Virus record (IMG/VR): IMGVR_UViG_3300005805_000336
Coordinates: 1 to 29,016 of that record
Reading direction: 5' to 3' (one strand)
DNA: 29,016 nucleotides
Source: a virus
Lineage: Duplodnaviria; Caudoviricetes
Position 1 is the stretch's first letter, and each line of letters opens with the position of its first letter. Positions 24,330-29,016 of this stretch are shown here, in pieces. Made by a program: the position numbers and the translations under genes. The notes beneath the pieces were generated by a model. The model did not search any database. It was given only the letters and a program-made list of their open reading frames with translations, and was not told the DNA's origin.

Positions 24330-24355
24330 CGCGCTGCAACTATGAAGGGGAACAC

Positions 24356-24589
24356 ATGGCAGACAACGCGACGGCGCATCAGGTGGTGCGCGCAGCCGTC
24401 GGCGCAGCTGGTGGCGTCTCGAAGGTGGCCGAGCACTTCGGGATCTCCGCGGCATCGGTGAGCGGCTGGCTTGACCGCGGCAGCGTGCCGGCCGGCAGGA
24501 TCAAGGCGCTGTGCGATCTCGGCGGCAACGTCGTGACGCCGATGCAGGTGCTCGACGCGCTGGCGCGCGAGGCGAGGGCTGCAGCGTGA
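24356..24589 (+). CDS. Cro/YdaS-like HTH regulator
   Basis: AAGGVSKVAEHFGISAASVSGWLDRGSVPA; first gene of the rightward operon. Confidence 0.85.
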   Translation: MADNATAHQVVRAAVGAAGGVSKVAEHFGISAASVSGWLDRGSVPAGRIKALCDLGGNVVTPMQVLDALAREARAAA

Positions 24590-24912
24590 AGCGCCCGCGC
24601 CTATACGTCTCCGGCCCGATGACCGGCAAGCCGCTGCTGAACTTCCCCGCCTTCCACGAAGCGGCGGCCCAGCTGCGCGCCGCTGGCTTCGAGGTGGTGA
24701 ACCCCGCCGAGCTCAACCCTGAACCGAACGCGCGGTGGCTCGACTGCATGCGCGCGGATATCAAGGCGCTCGTCGACTGCGACGGCGTGGCCCTGCTGCC
24801 CGGGTGGACGGAAAGCCGCGGCGCGAAGCTCGAGGCCACGATCGCCGAGGGCCTGGGCATGACGCTGTGGGCGGTGCCCGAGTGGCTGCGCAGCGACGTG
24901 AGGGCCGCCTGA
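24586..24912 (+). CDS. DUF4406 family (nucleoside deoxyribosyltransferase-like) protein
   Basis: LYVSGPMTG...NFPAF...NPAE...CDGVALLPGWTESRGAKLE. Confidence 0.9.
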   Translation: MKRPRLYVSGPMTGKPLLNFPAFHEAAAQLRAAGFEVVNPAELNPEPNARWLDCMRADIKALVDCDGVALLPGWTESRGAKLEATIAEGLGMTLWAVPEWLRSDVRAA

Positions 24913-25793
24913 TGCCGACGCGCTACCTGAAGCCGGGCATCCGCGACAGCGAGGCGATCGACCGCCTGAGGCCTGCCGCCGAGGTGCTCTTCTACCGGCT
25001 GCTCGTCACCGTCGACGACTTCGGCCGCGCCGACGCCAGGCCCGCGATGGTGAAGGCGGCATGCTTCCCGATCAAGGCGGCCGTCGACGCCGCCGGCTGC
25101 GCCGAGCTGCTTGACGAGCTGGCCGACGCGGGCCTGCTCGACCTCTACGCCGTCGAGGGCAAACCATACCTGCAGATGCGGAAGTGGGACAACGCGCCGC
25201 GCGCGAAGGAGAGCAAATTCCCACCCCTGCATGACGGATGCACGCGGATGCGCGCAGGTGTATGCAATCCGCGCGCACTTCTACCCGTAACCGTAACCGG
25301 AACCGGAACCGGAACCGGAACCGAGAACCGGGAACCGGAAACCGAAACCGCAACCGTGCTTCCGCCGGGGCCGCAAGCGGCACCCGCCGGCGCCCGGAAG
25401 CCGCGGGCAGAGAAGCCGACCGACGCCGCCTGGGATGCCTACACCGGGGCCTTCGTGCAGCGGTACGGCACCGACCCGGTGCGCAACGCCACCACGAACG
25501 CGCAGATGGCGCAGTTCGTCGGCCGCCTCGGCGCCGAGGAGGCGCCCCACGTCGCGGCCTTCTACGTCGGGCACAACGGCGCCTTCTACGTGCGCGGAGG
25601 ACACGCCGTCGGCGGGCTACTGAAGGATGCCGAGAAGCTGCGCACCGAGTGGGCCACGCGACGCCAGATCACAGCTACAGCCGCCCAGCAGGCCGACCGC
25701 ACGCAGACGAATCTCGACGCCTTCGCGCCGCTGCTGGCGAAGGCGCGGGCCGAACGGGAGCAGCAGGAACAAGGGGCAGAGCATGCCGAGTGA
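24912..25793 (+). CDS. Phage replication initiator (O-analogue)
   Basis: N-terminal LFYRLLVTVDDFGR winged-helix type domain, low-complexity linker, position after Cro-like gene. Confidence 0.75.
   Translation: MPTRYLKPGIRDSEAIDRLRPAAEVLFYRLLVTVDDFGRADARPAMVKAACFPIKAAVDAAGCAELLDELADAGLLDLYAVEGKPYLQMRKWDNAPRAKESKFPPLHDGCTRMRAGVCNPRALLPVTVTGTGTGTGTENREPETETATVLPPGPQAAPAGARKPRAEKPTDAAWDAYTGAFVQRYGTDPVRNATTNAQMAQFVGRLGAEEAPHVAAFYVGHNGAFYVRGGHAVGGLLKDAEKLRTEWATRRQITATAAQQADRTQTNLDAFAPLLAKARAEREQQEQGAEHAE
25284..25355 (+). repeat. AACCG(G/T) short tandem repeat in the initiator linker
   Basis: (accgta/accgga)n run encoding VTVTGTGTGTGTENREPETET. Confidence 0.85.
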
Positions 25794-26385
25794 GCAACTG
25801 ATCCAAGCCGTCGCGGTGACGGCAGAGCTGTGCGGGCGCACCTTCTCGCCAGCGGCCGCCGCGGTCTTCGTCGACGACCTGTCGCGGTATCCCGAGGCGC
25901 AGGTGCTGGGCGCGCTGCGCCGCTGCCGGCGCGAGGTGCGCGGGCTGCTGACGGTGCAGGACGTCCTGAGCCGGCTCGACGACGGCCGCCCTGGCGCCGA
26001 GGAGGCCTGGGCCATGATCCCGCAGGACGAGGCCGGCTCGACAGTGTGGACTGATGAAATGGCTGCGGCCTACGGAGTAGCGCGGCACCTGCTCGCCGAG
26101 GGCGATCGCATCGGCGCGCGGATGGCCTTCCGGGAGTCCTACGGCCGGCTCGTGGCTCAGGCCCGCGACGACGGCAAGCCGGTGCGCTGGTCGCCATCGC
26201 TGGGCCACGACCCGGGCGGCCGTGAGGCAGTGCTGCAGGAAGCCGTGCGCCTGGGGCGCCTGAGCATCGCGCACGCTGCCGTCGAGCTGCTGCCAGGCAT
26301 CGAAGACCGCCGGCCGGCGCTGTTGGCCGGGCAAGAACGGGTCGCCGCACTGATCGGCGGCCTCGCAACGAAGACCGTCGCATGA
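25783..26385 (+). CDS. Replication partner protein (P-analogue / helicase-loader position)
   Basis: Overlaps the initiator stop; DGRPGAEEAWA...ARMAFRESY...SLGHD. Confidence 0.65.
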   Translation: MPSEQLIQAVAVTAELCGRTFSPAAAAVFVDDLSRYPEAQVLGALRRCRREVRGLLTVQDVLSRLDDGRPGAEEAWAMIPQDEAGSTVWTDEMAAAYGVARHLLAEGDRIGARMAFRESYGRLVAQARDDGKPVRWSPSLGHDPGGREAVLQEAVRLGRLSIAHAAVELLPGIEDRRPALLAGQERVAALIGGLATKTVA

Positions 26386-26405
26386 CGGCAGGAAGGCAAC
26401 CGACC

Positions 26406-26531
26406 ATGAACCGTAGAACGAAACTGATCCTCGTGATCTTCGCGCTGGCCGCGATCGCCGCCGGCTTTCTCACAGCGCACCCCTGCGACATCGACGGCAG
26501 GCACGATCCTGCCTGCGAGGTGCGGCCGTGA
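26406..26531 (+). CDS. 41-aa membrane or secreted peptide
   Basis: MNRRTKLILVIFALAAIAAGFLTAHPC...; stop overlaps the next ATG. Confidence 0.55.
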   Translation: MNRRTKLILVIFALAAIAAGFLTAHPCDIDGRHDPACEVRP

Positions 26532-26905
26532 TGATGCAAGCCGACCTTTTCGCCGCGCCAGCGTTCACAGATCCGCCGGAGCCGCGCAAGCTTGCCCGCC
26601 GCGGCGCGCCAAGCACGTCTAAGCTGGCCGCCCTCGAGGTGCCGAACTTCGCCGGCGAGCACCATGCCGTCATCCTGCAGGCGCTGAAGGATCACGGCGC
26701 GCGAGGCCTGACCGTGCACGAGATCGCCGCGTACTGCCGGCTGGACGCGCATGCCATCGGCAAGCGCATGAACGAGCTCCGGGCGGGCAACATCGTCGAG
26801 GTGATGCGAGAGCGGGACCGCAGCATGATCCTGTGCGACGTGACCAGGAAAACGCCAAGCGGTCGCCAGGCTCGGGTGTGGGTGCTGAAGAAGGGGGTAG
26901 CCTGA
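26531..26905 (+). CDS. Winged-helix DNA-binding protein
   Basis: GLTVHEIAA...IGKRMNEL...TPSGRQARVW. Confidence 0.78.
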   Translation: MMQADLFAAPAFTDPPEPRKLARRGAPSTSKLAALEVPNFAGEHHAVILQALKDHGARGLTVHEIAAYCRLDAHAIGKRMNELRAGNIVEVMRERDRSMILCDVTRKTPSGRQARVWVLKKGVA

Positions 26906-27066
26906 TGCTCTCCTCGCAGTTCATCCTTCCGCGACGCCGAGCAGATGCCTCGTGCCGCATGACCATCCCCCCCCCGCCAATACACCGAACTACTGTGTAA
27001 GACCCTATATACCTCGCAGATCAATGCAATACAGTCGATACCCGACCCTCATCATCCGGAGCAATC

Positions 27067-27477
27067 ATGCCCACCGACACGCCTGACCTCGTTCTGCCAG
27101 CCCTTCCCGCGCTGCCCACATACCCGGCCGAGCCGGGGCCGGCCCGCGACGAGTGGCACCGCCTGGCGCGACTCCACACGGATGCCGCCAGCGTCCGCGC
27201 CCAGCAGGCCCGCGCCGACGCCGAGCAGGCCGTGGCCGAGGCCGGCCAGGCCGCCGCCGCTGCGCAGCGCGCCGCCGCCGACGCCCTCACCAAGCCCGCA
27301 TTGGCCGACCCCGCGTACCTCGCGGCGATGCGGCTGCACGCCGAGGCGCTGGGCAAGCTCGCCGCGTCGATGAGCCGCGGCAGCGAGATCAGCGGCGGAG
27401 ACGCAGTCATTGCCGCGCACGTCCGCGGCATCGCGCGCGAGCTGGCCGATGCGCCGCCTGCCTCCGGCGCCGCCTGA
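27067..27477 (+). CDS. Ala-rich hypothetical protein
   Basis: GGAG RBS, 136 aa ORF. Confidence 0.65.
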   Translation: MPTDTPDLVLPALPALPTYPAEPGPARDEWHRLARLHTDAASVRAQQARADAEQAVAEAGQAAAAAQRAAADALTKPALADPAYLAAMRLHAEALGKLAASMSRGSEISGGDAVIAAHVRGIARELADAPPASGAA

Positions 27478-27633
27478 GCGCGCGCCAGACACGCGCGACC
27501 TGACCGCATCCGAGGCCCGCATGCTCGCCTGCGCGACGATGCCGCTCGACACCCTGCGCCAGCAGGCGCAGGCTGAGGTGCATGACGCGTGGGCGCTGCT
27601 GCGGCGCCTCGGCATCCGCTCGCAGGTGCCTTG

Positions 27634-28305
27634 ATGGATGCGGCCAGCGCGGCGCTCATGGCCAATCTGCCGATGGTGAGGCGAATCGCGCACAAGATGC
27701 TCGCGACCCTGCCGGCAAGCGTTGAGATCGACGATCTCATGCAGGCCGGCATGATCGGACTACTGGAGGCCGTGGAGCGTTACGACCCAAGCCGCGGCGC
27801 ATCGCTACAGACATACGCCGAACCGCGAATCGCCGGAGCCATGATGGACATGCTCCGATCGTTCGACGAGGCGCTGCGCAGCGACAGGAGCGCGCAGCGG
27901 CGAGCGGCGCTGGCGCAGCAGCTTCTCGAGCACCGCCTTGGCCGGGCCGCAACGACGGCGGAGATCGCTGGCGAGATTGGCATGTCGGTGGAAGGCCTTG
28001 ACGCTCTGCGATACGCGGCGCCGGCGGCGGCAGCTATGGATGACGCCGACGGCATCGATCTGATTCCGGCATGCCCGCTGGCCAATCCAGAGACGTGGCT
28101 GGAACTGAAACAGCAGGTGGAAGCAGCAGTCTCGGCATCCGGTCAACTGAGCGAGCGGGAGCAGGCCGTCCTGAGCATGTTCTACGACGACGACATGACG
28201 CAGGCCGCGATAGCCGAACGGTTCGGAGTCTCAGATTCGCGGATCTGCCAACTGCGGGCCTGCGCGTTGTCCAAGGTCGCCATGGCGGTGAGACTGGCCG
28301 CGTGA
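27634..28305 (+). CDS. FliA/WhiG-family (sigma28-like) RNA polymerase sigma factor
   Basis: LPASVEIDDLMQAGMIGLLEAVERYD...RIAGAMMDMLR (region 2); LSEREQAVLSMFY..DMTQAAIAERFGVSDSRICQL (region 4). Confidence 0.9.
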   Translation: MDAASAALMANLPMVRRIAHKMLATLPASVEIDDLMQAGMIGLLEAVERYDPSRGASLQTYAEPRIAGAMMDMLRSFDEALRSDRSAQRRAALAQQLLEHRLGRAATTAEIAGEIGMSVEGLDALRYAAPAAAAMDDADGIDLIPACPLANPETWLELKQQVEAAVSASGQLSEREQAVLSMFYDDDMTQAAIAERFGVSDSRICQLRACALSKVAMAVRLAA

Positions 28306-28508
28306 TGTCGCGACCGCCGCTCACGACACGCGACAGAGGCCTTGGGCACGCGCTGCGGATCCAGCGCCTGTGCGCGCCGGCCCAATGGCGAGCGCAGGTG
28401 GACGCGATCGAAGACCCGGCCGAGCGCCAGGTGGCCGAGGACTACCTGCGCGGCATCATCGAACGGATCCGCTTGCTGCGGGCGCTGCGGGAGAAGGACA
28501 GCCAGTGA
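28305..28508 (+). CDS. Hypothetical protein
   Basis: Coupled to the sigma gene stop and the VRR-NUC start. Confidence 0.65.
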   Translation: MSRPPLTTRDRGLGHALRIQRLCAPAQWRAQVDAIEDPAERQVAEDYLRGIIERIRLLRALREKDSQ

Positions 28509-28948
28509 AGCACTTGGAACATCAGCACCAAGTCGCCCTGATCGCCTGGGCGCACCGCATGCGCCTGCCGCCGGCGGCCGACATTCGCCCAGGCGCCACG
28601 CTGGGCACCTATCTGCTGGCCCTGCCGATGGGCGGCAAGCGCAACCCGCGCGAGGCTGCGCGACTGAAGGCCGAGGGGGCGAAGGCCGGCGTGAGCGACC
28701 TACTGCTGCCGCTGCGCCGCCAGGGCTTCGGCTCGTTCTGGCTTGAAATGAAGGCGCCCAGGGAGAAGCCGACGCCCGCGCAGCGCGAGTGGCTCGACCT
28801 CATGCGCGAGGCTGGCTACCGGGCCGAGTGGCACGACAGCTGGACGGAAGCGGCGGCCGCGCTGGCGGACTACGTCGGCGTGAAGCCGCCCGTCTCTACA
28901 ATCGCCGCGCCGCAACAGCACGAGGAACCCCGATGCAGCGCACCGTGA
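28505..28948 (+). CDS. VRR-NUC domain nuclease
   Basis: EHQHQ...LKAEGAKAGVSDL...WLEMKA...PTPAQREW...GY. Confidence 0.9.
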   Translation: MKHLEHQHQVALIAWAHRMRLPPAADIRPGATLGTYLLALPMGGKRNPREAARLKAEGAKAGVSDLLLPLRRQGFGSFWLEMKAPREKPTPAQREWLDLMREAGYRAEWHDSWTEAAAALADYVGVKPPVSTIAAPQQHEEPRCSAP

Positions 28949-29016
28949 AAGAGCTTGTCGCCGCGATGGGCTACACCGACGCGATCGAGCTCTGCCGCGG
29001 CTGGGGCGGCCGCGGC
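28933..29016 (+). CDS. Mor/C-like transcription activator (5' fragment)
   Basis: MQRTVKELVAAMGYTDAIELCRGWGGR resembles the Mor-family L..hG...A..L....GG start; only 28 codons visible. Confidence 0.5.
   Translation, partial: MQRTVKELVAAMGYTDAIELCRGWGGRG

Larger units (their letters stand above)
1..29016. mobile_element. Tailed phage or prophage segment (siphovirus-type tail, lambdoid-style early region)
   Basis: Continuous, often overlapping phage-type genes: tail tube, tape measure, tail tip, SSB/recombinase, Cro-like, replication, VRR-NUC; no host housekeeping genes. Confidence 0.97.

Noticed and set aside
27010-27045. Sigma28 promoter (GTCGATAC as -10)
   Set aside because: No TAAA-like -35 element at the required spacing.

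Overview
High-GC tailed-phage (siphovirus-type) DNA; a betaproteobacterial host is my inference from the FliA-like sigma factor and the attC style. 1-13.8 kb (+): Mu/D3112-like head-completion and tail module, containing an inserted HNH endonuclease, a -1 frameshifted tail chaperone, a tape measure protein and a mosaic central tail-tip protein. 14.0-24.1 kb (-): early leftward operon (RecT-like annealing protein, exonuclease, SSB, Xis-like HTH, accessory genes). 24.3-29 kb (+): Cro-like regulator, replication genes, FliA-like sigma factor, VRR-NUC nuclease and the start of a Mor-like activator. Main result: 14337-19591 is an array of integron-type gene cassettes, with 9 complete canonical attC sites plus a half site at each end. 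The cassette ends are mutually complementary, as expected of units that have passed through IntI-type circles. Every cassette gene is inverted relative to its attC, so it is read with the phage early operon, and several genes start or stop inside the attC hairpins. No integron integrase, phage integrase or cI repressor is visible in the window. All calls are from reading the sequence by eye; no database search was run.
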